A stretch of DNA of 64,000 nt from an uncultured Verrucomicrobiae bacterium (GTDB taxonomy: Bacteria; Verrucomicrobiota; Verrucomicrobiia; Chthoniobacterales; JAFAMB01). Positions 53,319 through 61,599 of the stretch are shown one piece after another (position 1 is the first letter of the stretch; each line of letters opens with the position of its first letter). The stretch is from the NCBI GenBank assembly GCA_963762565.1, contig CAVXLD010000003.1, positions 385,538-449,537 on the forward strand, written 5' to 3'. Position numbers and translations under genes: made by a program. The notes beneath the pieces are model-generated. The model worked only from the letters and a program-made list of their open reading frames with translations. It had not been told where the DNA came from and did no database searches.

Positions 53319-53867
53319 CTAGCCTCCACCAACCGATTCATCAAGGAAATCCGGCGAGACCTCGAGGCGGTAGACCTTCCAGCCAAAACCTTCCAGACGG
53401 GCAAATAACGTGATGTGGTTGGTTCCGATCCGAAAACTTGTCGGGCCGGTAAATGAAAAGTTCTTAAGCTTAGACCAGTCAAGATCTGACGGCCCGGGAA
53501 TCTTGAAGAAGGAATGACTATTATTTTGGACCTGATTATTTTTTTTAACGAAGCCCGCGACGGCATCGGGAGTGCAATACGTGTCGACGGCTTTATTAAG
53601 AAACACTGGGCCCACAAAAGCAGTCAGCGCCCCAAAAGGACTTTGGCTCGAGTCTGAGCTTTCTTTTGATTGTTGAGTAAGAATGGTCGCAAACTGTTCT
53701 TTCAGTGAATCCCGCAAGGCGGCAAAATCGACTAGATCCGCGAGTTTATTCGCATCGCCGGCTAGAAAGGCGCTCTTAAGCGAGGAGACGTAGAAGAATG
53801 GAGAGACGACGTAACCGGCTAGGGCCAAGGTCAGCAAAACCGCAACGATGATGACTAGCTTTTTCAT
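53319..53867 (-). CDS. DUF2939-family membrane-anchored protein
   Basis: 182 aa. MKKLVIIVAVLLTLALAGYVVSPFFYVSSLKSAFLAGDANKLADLVDFAALRDSLK is the typical DUF2939 opening. Confidence 0.7.
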   Translation of the reverse strand: MKKLVIIVAVLLTLALAGYVVSPFFYVSSLKSAFLAGDANKLADLVDFAALRDSLKEQFATILTQQSKESSDSSQSPFGALTAFVGPVFLNKAVDTYCTPDAVAGFVKKNNQVQNNSHSFFKIPGPSDLDWSKLKNFSFTGPTSFRIGTNHITLFARLEGFGWKVYRLEVSPDFLDESVGGG

Positions 53868-54526
53868 GACGAGCGTCCGAAACCTTGGACGATAGCGTCG
53901 ATAACTTCATCCAATAGGTTCGTAACTTTGTGTAGGTCATTGATCTCTGGCGCCTCTCGTCGAGCCAGCTTGTCTTGGATCGAATGCGCTAGGAATGACG
54001 CCACTAGAATCTTTGAGCTTAGCAGGTCGTGGAAAAATTTTCGCATCCGGTTCGCTTCTTCTTCCCGCCCGACAATGCGGCCTTGGACATACCCCTCAAA
54101 CTTGAGATCGTGAGCGGGAGAATCTACCAGAAGCAGCAATAGACCGTGCTCGTTTTTGATTGCGGATGCCGGCAGTATTCCGTCATTGGCGGGCCTTTTG
54201 ATGGCGCAGGGCAATGACCCAAACAGGCAATCGGTGCGCGCTACTCCTTGGCTCAGATCGGCGAGTTGCTCATCGTAGCGGACAAAAGCGCTGAGCTTTA
54301 CTTGAGCTAATTCTGCGTCCGTCAGGCCCATTCTCTCGCAGAAAGAAGCATTCCAGAAGGCGAACGCGTCCGTCTTAAGATCGCCCACAGCCGAGGGCAA
54401 CTTGAAGCATTCGAGATCTGAACAGAGGTTTCCTAGATCGGTTAGAGTAATAGGTGCGTTTCTCCTTGGGAGCGTTTCGGTTGCCAAATCGGTTATCAAG
54501 CTAAGCTGGTCGCCGCGGCCCAGCAA
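53864..54526 (-). CDS. Hypothetical protein with a histidine-kinase DHp-like H-box but no ATPase domain
   Basis: 220 aa. C-terminal ANRMRKFFHDLLSSKILVASFLAHSIQDKL resembles HisKA_3-type phosphoacceptor helices. The N-terminal ~140 aa could be PAS/GAF-like. 4-nt overlap with the DUF2939 gene. Confidence 0.35.
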   Translation of the reverse strand: MLGRGDQLSLITDLATETLPRRNAPITLTDLGNLCSDLECFKLPSAVGDLKTDAFAFWNASFCERMGLTDAELAQVKLSAFVRYDEQLADLSQGVARTDCLFGSLPCAIKRPANDGILPASAIKNEHGLLLLLVDSPAHDLKFEGYVQGRIVGREEEANRMRKFFHDLLSSKILVASFLAHSIQDKLARREAPEINDLHKVTNLLDEVIDAIVQGFGRSS

Positions 54527-54629
54527 AAGCTTTTGTTGAGAGTAGTCTTTCTGAAAACGCTGTTGATAAGCCCAAATTCGCTGTTAGCAGATAAGGGCTA
54601 TCTGCCAACCGCAAACCGTAAATCATCCG

Positions 54630-55514
54630 ATGGAATCTAGTCTCCGATTTGGTTTGTCCTGTGCCTTGGCATTACCTCTTAATGAAGACGGATCGATCGA
54701 TTACCGTCTTCTGGTCACGCATGCGCGATCCTGTCTGGCTGGGGGGTGTTCCAGCGTAACCGTTTTTGGCACGACTGGTGAAGGAGCTTCGATTAGCCTG
54801 GCTGAGCGCGCGAAAATGCTGGGAGCCCTGTTGGCTGCCGAGATCGATCCGCACAAAGAAATTATAGGCGGTATCGCGTCTGCATCGATCGGGGACGCAG
54901 TCGAGCAAATCACAATTCTCAGCGACAGTGGATGTGGCCGAGTTTTGTTGGCCCCGCCCTTCTATTTCAAGGGTGTGCGGCAGGACGGGCTGTACGATTG
55001 GTTTGCCCGGGTCCTGGAAAAGATAGCGGGGAATGTGCTAGGGGTGATCCTTTATCATATTCCCTCGGTGACCCAGGTGCCGCTCTCGGTTGATCTGATC
55101 AGCCGTTTAAAGGCAGCTTTTCCCGGAGTCATTACAGGGGTTAAAGACTCGGGGGGTGATTGGCCGTTTACGGAATCGCTTCTGGGTGCCCACGCCGATC
55201 TTTCTATCTTGATTGGGGATGAGCGGCATCTCGCGCCCGCGGTTCGGCTTGGCGCCAGCGGGGCCATATCCGGACTCGCGAACCTATTTCCGGCGGTTCT
55301 TTTGCCACTGGTCGAACGGGGCAAGGATGATTCGCGAGTAGCCGATCTTATTACTGCGATCCTGAAATACCCGGTGACGCCTGCGGTGAAAGCGCTTTTA
55401 TCGCATCGTTCAGAGAATAATCGCTGGCTCAAGGTGCGGCCGCCGTTGGTCCAGCTTTCGGACGAGGAAGTGAAAGAGCTCGGGGCCGCTCACGATGCCC
55501 TGTTTCCGGGCTGA
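54630..55514 (+). CDS. Dihydrodipicolinate synthase/N-acetylneuraminate lyase-family aldolase
   Basis: 294 aa. GTTGEGASISLAER, ILYHIP, GVKDSGGD (Schiff-base Lys context) are typical DapA-family motifs. Confidence 0.8.
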   Translation: MESSLRFGLSCALALPLNEDGSIDYRLLVTHARSCLAGGCSSVTVFGTTGEGASISLAERAKMLGALLAAEIDPHKEIIGGIASASIGDAVEQITILSDSGCGRVLLAPPFYFKGVRQDGLYDWFARVLEKIAGNVLGVILYHIPSVTQVPLSVDLISRLKAAFPGVITGVKDSGGDWPFTESLLGAHADLSILIGDERHLAPAVRLGASGAISGLANLFPAVLLPLVERGKDDSRVADLITAILKYPVTPAVKALLSHRSENNRWLKVRPPLVQLSDEEVKELGAAHDALFPG

Positions 55515-55576
55515 GGCACCCGCTGATTGATTTTATTTATCTAGCCGCGATCTTCTGAGCATAACTGCTGGCCCGC

Positions 55577-56806
55577 ATGTTCCGATGGTACCGAGAACTA
55601 ACGTCGCGTGAGCAAAAAACGTTTTGGGCATGCTTCGGTGGATTCGGTCTGGACGGTATGGACGTCCAGATCTACAGCTTCGTCATCCCGACGCTGATCT
55701 CGGTTTGGAAATTAACGCCCGGTGACGCCGGGTTGGTGGCAACCTGCACGTTGCTGTTTTCAGCCTTCGGCGGATGGATCACTGGCATCCTGGCCGATCG
55801 GTATGGGCGGGTATTAATGTTGCAGGTCACCATTGCTTGGTTTGCCGGCTTTACTTTTCTTCAAGGACTTTCGACCGGCTTTATCTGGCTTTTAATTGCT
55901 CGCAGTCTACAGGGTCTTGGTTTCGGCGGGGAATGGGCTGCCGGTTCTGTCCTAGCGGCAGAGGTAATCCGGAGCGATCATCGGGGAAAGGCGGTTGGCG
56001 CGGTGCAGAGTTCTTGGTCCGTGGGTTGGGGGATCGCTGCGCTGCTGGCTACGATTTTTTTCCAGGTCATACCCCGCGAGTACGCTTGGAGAGCGTTGTT
56101 TTTTGTCGGCATATTGCCAGCCTTGTTCATTTTCTTTGTCCGGCGTTCAGTCCCGGAACCGGATATTTATCGGGAACAAAGAACTCCCGAAGAGCGGGGG
56201 CGTGCCTTGGCGATTTTTAGACCTGGCGTTATTCGCCGGACAGTACTCGGCGCATTACTGGCCGTGGGAGCCCAGGGTGGTTATTATGCGATTACCACCT
56301 GGTTACCGACGTTTCTGCAAAAGGAGCGAGGCCTGACGATTCTCAGCAGCGGCGGCTACCTGGCGGTGATCATCATTGGTTCTTTTACCGGGTATCTGGT
56401 GTCCGCCTATCTCTCAGACCTGATTGGCCGGCGCTCGAACTTTATTCTGTTCGCGGTTGGCTCCGTTCTGGTGGTGGTGACCTATACGGAAATACCAATT
56501 AGCGACAGCTTGATGCTCGTGCTTGGTTTTCCGCTTGGCTTTTTTGCCAGCGGTGTATTCAGCGGGATGGGCGCTTTCTTTACCGAGCTCTTTCCAACTG
56601 AAATCCGGGGCAACGCGCAGGGCTTTTGCTACAATTTTGGTCGAGGAGTCGCCGCCGGGTTCCCTTTACTGGTCGGACTGTTGTCGGCGCGTCTGCCTCT
56701 AGGGCAGGCGATCGGGATTTACGCCGCCGCCGCCTATCTCTTAATGATGATTGCGGCAGTCGCTTTACCGGAAACCCGAGGAACGAATTTACGCGAGATA
56801 CGTTAG
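55577..56806 (+). CDS. MFS transporter (anion:cation symporter-like)
   Basis: 409 aa, 12 TM. GILADRYGRVLML and GFGGEWAAG motifs. Confidence 0.85.
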   Translation: MFRWYRELTSREQKTFWACFGGFGLDGMDVQIYSFVIPTLISVWKLTPGDAGLVATCTLLFSAFGGWITGILADRYGRVLMLQVTIAWFAGFTFLQGLSTGFIWLLIARSLQGLGFGGEWAAGSVLAAEVIRSDHRGKAVGAVQSSWSVGWGIAALLATIFFQVIPREYAWRALFFVGILPALFIFFVRRSVPEPDIYREQRTPEERGRALAIFRPGVIRRTVLGALLAVGAQGGYYAITTWLPTFLQKERGLTILSSGGYLAVIIIGSFTGYLVSAYLSDLIGRRSNFILFAVGSVLVVVTYTEIPISDSLMLVLGFPLGFFASGVFSGMGAFFTELFPTEIRGNAQGFCYNFGRGVAAGFPLLVGLLSARLPLGQAIGIYAAAAYLLMMIAAVALPETRGTNLREIR

Positions 56807-57000
56807 CGGTTGGCCGTTTTCTATTGCCGGCGGGAGGAATTTGCGGTCGACACGTTACGGTTTGCGGTTGGCGGCTAGCAATTTGCGGCTACCAGTTAGC
56901 AAGTTATCGGCTTGTGTTTCCGATACGATTTTCAGTCCCCGGGCCCAAAAGGCCAGCAACCGTTAACCGCGAACCGTTTACCGCTAACTGCAAACCAAAG

Positions 57001-58107
57001 ATGTCGATTGTTGGACAAACCAAGAGATTCTCTGGTTGTTATCTAGCAAGCGCTTTTGCCGCTGGTAGTCTGATCGCCTGCGGCTGGATTTGGCCGGCTA
57101 CCGGTGCGGCCCAAAGTTTCCCTAAAGAAAACTTTTTAAAGGCAACGCCCATGCCTTCTCCCGAATACTCTGACCAGGGGAATTCAGCGGGCCGAAATAA
57201 CTACGGAGGAATGGTCGTGGCCGGCATCATCGCGGTATTAACTGCGGTTGCCGGCGCCGCAATTTGGAGGGCGCACGAGCTGAGGGTGCAAAGAGATTTG
57301 TCGGTCGAAGGCGAGGACCAAGCGGTTGCGGCGCGGAAAGGCGTCGAACAAATCCTTAATCATCTGGTCGACCAGCTCAGGAATAGGCTCGAGCCGCTGG
57401 GCCAGCTCGACATCGTCGAGGAAGCACAAGGAATGGTGGAAGCTTATTATGAAAGGTTCGGGTTCGGTCAACAGGATCCAGAGGGGTTGAGCCGATTGGC
57501 TGCACTACTGCAAAATCAGGGGGACCGGTTATTAGCCCAGGGCGACATGAATGGCGCCCAGGCGAAATATGTGCGTTCGCTCGAAATCGGCCAGAAGATG
57601 GTCAAGCAAGATTCCGAGAATAGTGCTTGGCAAGGCGCTCTTTCGGCTGGCTACGAGAAGCTAGGAGACCTGTTGTTAGCACAAGGGGACCTGCACGGGG
57701 CGCGGACTCAGTTCAGGCGGTTGCTCGAAGTCCAACACAGTTTAGCTAAGCGAAACCCGGGCGATGTCCCATGGCAGCGCAGCCTATTGGCCACTTATGG
57801 GAAGCTCGGCGAAGTATTAGAAGCGCAAGGCGATTTGAGAGGCGCTGAACGCACCTATGCAGGCTCATTGCAACTCATGTTTAAATTGGTTAGCCAAGAT
57901 CCCATGAATCGTTCCTGGCTGCGCGAGCTATCGATCATTCACGCCCGCTTGGGCGGTGTGCTGAAGGCGCAGGGCGATATCGCCGGCGCGACACGGAACT
58001 TCAAGGCCAGCATAGAAATTCTTACCAACTTGCTCCGGGAGCAGGGACAGAACCCAAGCTTGGAATGGGATCTAGACTGGGCGAAAGGGCAGTTGGGGGA
58101 AGGGTGA
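57001..58107 (+). CDS. Membrane-anchored TPR-like repeat protein
   Basis: Start at ATG 57001 (MSIVGQTKRF...). One TM (GGMVVAGIIAVLTAVAGAAIW), then five ~42-aa repeats each containing AQGDxxGA. The ORF-track start at 56626 overlaps the MFS gene and a repeat region. Confidence 0.7.
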   Translation: MSIVGQTKRFSGCYLASAFAAGSLIACGWIWPATGAAQSFPKENFLKATPMPSPEYSDQGNSAGRNNYGGMVVAGIIAVLTAVAGAAIWRAHELRVQRDLSVEGEDQAVAARKGVEQILNHLVDQLRNRLEPLGQLDIVEEAQGMVEAYYERFGFGQQDPEGLSRLAALLQNQGDRLLAQGDMNGAQAKYVRSLEIGQKMVKQDSENSAWQGALSAGYEKLGDLLLAQGDLHGARTQFRRLLEVQHSLAKRNPGDVPWQRSLLATYGKLGEVLEAQGDLRGAERTYAGSLQLMFKLVSQDPMNRSWLRELSIIHARLGGVLKAQGDIAGATRNFKASIEILTNLLREQGQNPSLEWDLDWAKGQLGEG

Positions 58108-58155
58108 AGGGGGGCGTGGTAGTTGCTTGGGGTGTCAGGGGCAGGGATGGCCAAC

Positions 58156-58348
58156 GGCTCCGCGATCGGATAGGACTTATGGGACCTATGGGACTTATAT
58201 GTTTCACCAGGGGACGCGGCTCCCACAACGGACTGGCTAACCGCTAACCGCGAACCGGCTAGCTGTTAGCGGTTGACGGGAGCTTGGGAACGCGATCGGA
58301 TTCCGACAAATCATATAAGTCCCATAAGTCCTATCCAATCGCGGAGCC
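58156..58348. repeat. R6 nested palindrome (ATAGGACTTATGGGAC arms around a CTAACCGCTAACCG core)
   Basis: Left arm ggctccgcgatcggataggacttatgggacctatgggacttatatg, right arm catataagtcccataagtcctatccaatcgcggagcc, central ctaaccgctaaccgcgaaccggctagctgttagcggttgac. Related motifs at 50335-50410 and 56800-57000. Confidence 0.75.
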
Positions 58349-58390
58349 CCTAAACACTACTACCCCTCGTGTTCGACTGCTCGGCGTTGC

Positions 58391-59095
58391 CTATCCGCCA
58401 TTTATGGCTTTGATCGCGGCGTTGAGATCAGTGGTGGCGGTGTTGTACTGGTCGAGTAGCTGTTGGCTGGTGAATAAGAGGTGGCCGTCGCTTTGGCGTG
58501 TCCATTGCTTGGAATTTTCAGAAAGGACATCTAACAGCGTGGTGATGCTGGCGCAGGCTTTACTAACTTCGGTAGGCCATGGCACGTTCCCTACAACTTG
58601 CGCCCACTTGGCAAAGGTCGCAGCCGTTTCATGCGCGGTGGCAGCGGGCACGCCTGCCGCCTTCAGCTTCGCGATTAGTTGCTCTGATAAGTCTTGGTAG
58701 TAATGCACCGCAGAATTTGCGATGTCCTGACATTGCTGGACTGCAGCCCGAACTTTGCTGAGGTCTTCGCCGGGTTGAACGGTTTCTATCTTAGGCAGGA
58801 TCTGCTGGCTAAAGATTTGAAAAGGCGGTTTCCGCATGTCGAGGTGAGCGACGGCGTTGTTTAAAATCGATGCCACGGTCCGCTCGGCGGGTGTAAGGGC
58901 CTTTTCGTCGTAATTCATGAGGTTTAGATACTCGATGGCCGTGCTTGGCGGCGGAGGCGGCTTTACATTCTGGGTGGTGACCTCCCCAGAGCGTCCGCTG
59001 ACCCGGTCAACCAGATAGTTGGGCAGCCACGGATTACGCACGATGAGGCCGCCGGTAAAAGAGACAGTTATTTCACCGGTTAAAATGACCGCCAA
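58391..59095 (-). CDS. Hypothetical protein
   Basis: 234-aa ORF with TTG start. The frame is open further upstream through a hydrophobic stretch (VAAFFVLAVILTG), so the true start is uncertain. No recognisable domain. Confidence 0.5.
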   Translation of the reverse strand: MAVILTGEITVSFTGGLIVRNPWLPNYLVDRVSGRSGEVTTQNVKPPPPPSTAIEYLNLMNYDEKALTPAERTVASILNNAVAHLDMRKPPFQIFSQQILPKIETVQPGEDLSKVRAAVQQCQDIANSAVHYYQDLSEQLIAKLKAAGVPAATAHETAATFAKWAQVVGNVPWPTEVSKACASITTLLDVLSENSKQWTRQSDGHLLFTSQQLLDQYNTATTDLNAAIKAINGG

Positions 59096-59358
59096 TACAA
59101 AAAACGCAGCGACCTGCCTCTTGATGCGCGCTTCCGCAACACCTTCAGCTGCCGCACTATTTGCATAAGGTTGCTTGGATCCGTCCGGAGATTAGCTTCT
59201 CACCTTTTCGTTCGTGCTCCCGGATTTGTCATTCCTTAATTTGCGGGAAATCGCTGTTAATTTTTTCGGGCCGAACACGTCATGAGTTTTTTTGGCGCTT
59301 TGGAACTCGCAAAGCCGAAACGCTGCTTTACACTGTCGGCCTCGCATTTGCTTGCCTA

Positions 59359-59772
59359 ATGAACCTGATGCAATCACTGAAAAGACTGGCAGCCATCATC
59401 CTGATGGGAATGATCGCAGGTTGCGCTGAACGACCAAGCGCGCGGGCGACCGCTGACGCCGATTATGGAGCACCTCTCTCGATCGATTACCGTAAGGCGA
59501 TTCGGGACCACATGGATCCGACCTTCTTCTATTGGAGAACTGCTGAATACAAGTTCACGGAACCGTATCCCAATTGGTTTCGTGATCCGGAGGAGCTAGG
59601 GGGTGTGATCTATTATGGCTACGAGGTCGACGTGCTGATCAATGCGAAGAATCAGCAAGGCAAGTATACCGGCTTTAAGCCGTACCTGTTTCTCTTCAGA
59701 GACAATTTGTTGCGGCGCGAACTCGGTCCGGAGACCGGGGCGAAGAGGTCGAAGAGGCCGTATGGGGATTAA
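59359..59772 (+). CDS. Putative lipoprotein
   Basis: Start at ATG 59359. MNLMQSLKRLAAIILMGMIAGCAERP has a signal peptide and an IAGC lipobox. The upstream part of the ORF-track call is rejected. Confidence 0.6.
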   Translation: MNLMQSLKRLAAIILMGMIAGCAERPSARATADADYGAPLSIDYRKAIRDHMDPTFFYWRTAEYKFTEPYPNWFRDPEELGGVIYYGYEVDVLINAKNQQGKYTGFKPYLFLFRDNLLRRELGPETGAKRSKRPYGD

Positions 59773-59943
59773 AGAGCGCTCCCCAGCTGTTTGGCTGACT
59801 GTTTGTTGCCTTTCGCTTGTGCCCCTTTGCCTCAACTCACTATTTTTTGGCTTGGTCGGATAGGTAATTAGAATAATCGACGTGTGGCAGAACACCTCAT
59901 GGCTCCTGAATCCTTCTCCTGACGTGCCGGAGCTCGTCCCTCG

Positions 59944-60834
59944 TTATTGCACTTCTAAGTGAAAAAACGTGGCTGATTCCCAGCCATCGAAAGTTGCGGC
60001 GAGGGGCCACGATCCGCTGGATGGAATGTCACTGGTATTGAAGTTAATGAGTTCCGCCGTGTAAACGACACCCGTCTCGAGAGAATCAATGATCGCCTGC
60101 GGGATGACAAATGAAGGGGTCGTGCCGCCGACGACATATTCCTGGTAGAGTGATTGAGTGGATTTAGTTCCCTGCCCGAGCGGAAGAATGACAAGCTTGA
60201 TCTCAGTTGAAGGAGCGCCGGTAGTAGTGTAGCCCAAGTTTAAAGTAAAATCCGCATTCGGATTGATCTGCTTGGCTTGGCGAAAGCTATTGTCGATCAG
60301 ATAGGGTATGGCCGGATAGTTATCAGCATTGATCGGAAGTGTACCCGATTCGCCCGCGAACGAGCCGCCTCGCGCGGTGAAGGTGTAGGCATCTCCCACA
60401 GGAAAGGCAGCGTCTAAATCGGTCGACGTCGCATAGGCGAGGAGCCCGAAAAAATTCTGCTGATCGGTGGTAGTCAACTTTAGGGTCTTAACCGCGGTAA
60501 CGGTGAAGTGATTGGCAGTCGCCGGCGGGGTAACGGCGGCATACCCCTACTGTGCATAACTGAATGTCGTGCTCGGAGCGGTGTTATCGGCGGTCTGCCT
60601 GTAGAACGCCAGTTTCGCAGCTCCGAACTCCGAGACCGTCTGCGTAATATCCGTGTGCAACAGATCCGGACGATACAGGCTATGCGACTCAGGCGACGCC
60701 TGTGCCGGAGTCACCGGAAGAACGGCAGCAATCGAAATGGCTAAGGAGCTGAGACTAACAGCCCGCTTTATTGATGATCCCAGGCAAAGCAAGCGCCCGC
60801 CTGAATCGTGATTATTTTGATCGAGTCTATTCAT
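59944..60834 (-). pseudogene. Secreted hypothetical protein interrupted by a single in-frame TAG
   Basis: ATG 60834 gives MNRLDQ...SLSSLAISIAAVLPVTPAQA (signal peptide) ...TFSYAQ, then TAG at 60547-60549. The same frame continues GYAAVTPPATANHFTVTAVKTLKLTTTDQQ... to the stop at 59944. Confidence 0.6.
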
Positions 60835-61139
60835 TTTTAGGGTCTTTCTCGTTACCACGAACCCTGGAATCATCGGTAACGTGCTCATTACCTGGAGATT
60901 GGAAACCAGCGCCGATATACTCGAAAAAGAGTGTTTTTTTTGAAGGGGGCTGGAGCGGGTTTGAGCGTTCCCGTTTCGGAACCTCCTCGGTAGCGGTCCC
61001 AAAGCCGCCACGCAGCCGCCGGGCACCTGTTTCTTCTTAACAGGGGCGCGACGCTTTCGCCCTTTGGGTATGAGCCGTCAACGGGGTTGGCGAAAGGGGG
61101 GCCTGCCGCGCTGTAGCCCGCGAGGGACGAGCGGGCGAA

Positions 61140-61210
61140 AGCGGGTGAAGGGAATCGAACCCTCGTGTGTAGCTTGGGAAGCTACCGTTCTACCATTGAA
61201 CTACACCCGC
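61140..61210 (-). tRNA. tRNA-Gly (anticodon CCC)
   Basis: GCGGGTG-TA-GTTC-AATGGTA-GAAC-G-GTAGC-TTCCCAA-GCTAC-ACAC-GAGGG-TTCGATT-CCCTT-CACCCGC-T. Full cloverleaf, 71 nt, CCA not encoded. Confidence 0.92.
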
Positions 61211-61402
61211 GTATGACAATTGGTTCAGGCCGGAACTCGACCAATAGGATGGATGAAGATGGTAGCCGCTTTAGGCAATGACGCAAGCCGAAGAACAATG
61301 GCTCAAACGGCGCTGAGAAAATTTTGCCGGCTACAGAACCGGCGTTAGAAGATGGCTGATGGCTGTCGCAATTTGCCGATAGAGCTGCGCGCCACTGGGA
61401 CG

Positions 61403-61486
61403 TTCCCGGGAGCCGCCTGTCTACCCCGAAGGCTTTCGGTGGCTGCCAACTCACAGAGCTGCGGCGTTATAAAGCGGCTCCCCTCC
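61403..61486 (-). repeat. R3 hairpin element copy
   Basis: ttcccgggagccgcctgtctaccccgaaggctttcggtggctgcc...ataaagcggctcccctcc. Near-identical in its first ~45 nt to 53191-53235. Confidence 0.75.
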
Positions 61487-61599
61487 AGGCGCTGGGTCAG
61501 CGACGTTCTGTTTTTTATTCGCGTCCATTCGCGGTCGTGTTCGACATCAACGCGAATCCAGGCTACTATCGTTGTGCCCTTTTACGGGCAGAATGATTA

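Noticed and set aside
56626-57000. Upstream 125 codons of the 493-aa ORF
   Set aside because: This stretch overlaps the 3' end of the MFS gene in another frame and then runs through the AACCG-motif repeat region. A Met at 57001 precedes the hydrophobic N-terminal region of the TPR-like protein and is the chosen start.
58102-61152. Genomic island at tRNA-Gly bounded by a 10-nt direct repeat GGGTGAAGGG (58102-58111 and 61143-61152, the latter inside the tRNA 3' half)
   Set aside because: A 10-nt match has a non-negligible chance expectation in 64 kb on both strands. No integrase is present, and the left copy overlaps a stop codon context. It is too weak to call, though the three hypothetical genes between the repeats are poorly conserved-looking.
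61182-61454. 90-aa minus-strand ORF
   Set aside because: It overlaps the tRNA-Gly gene and an R3 repeat copy and has no coding signature.
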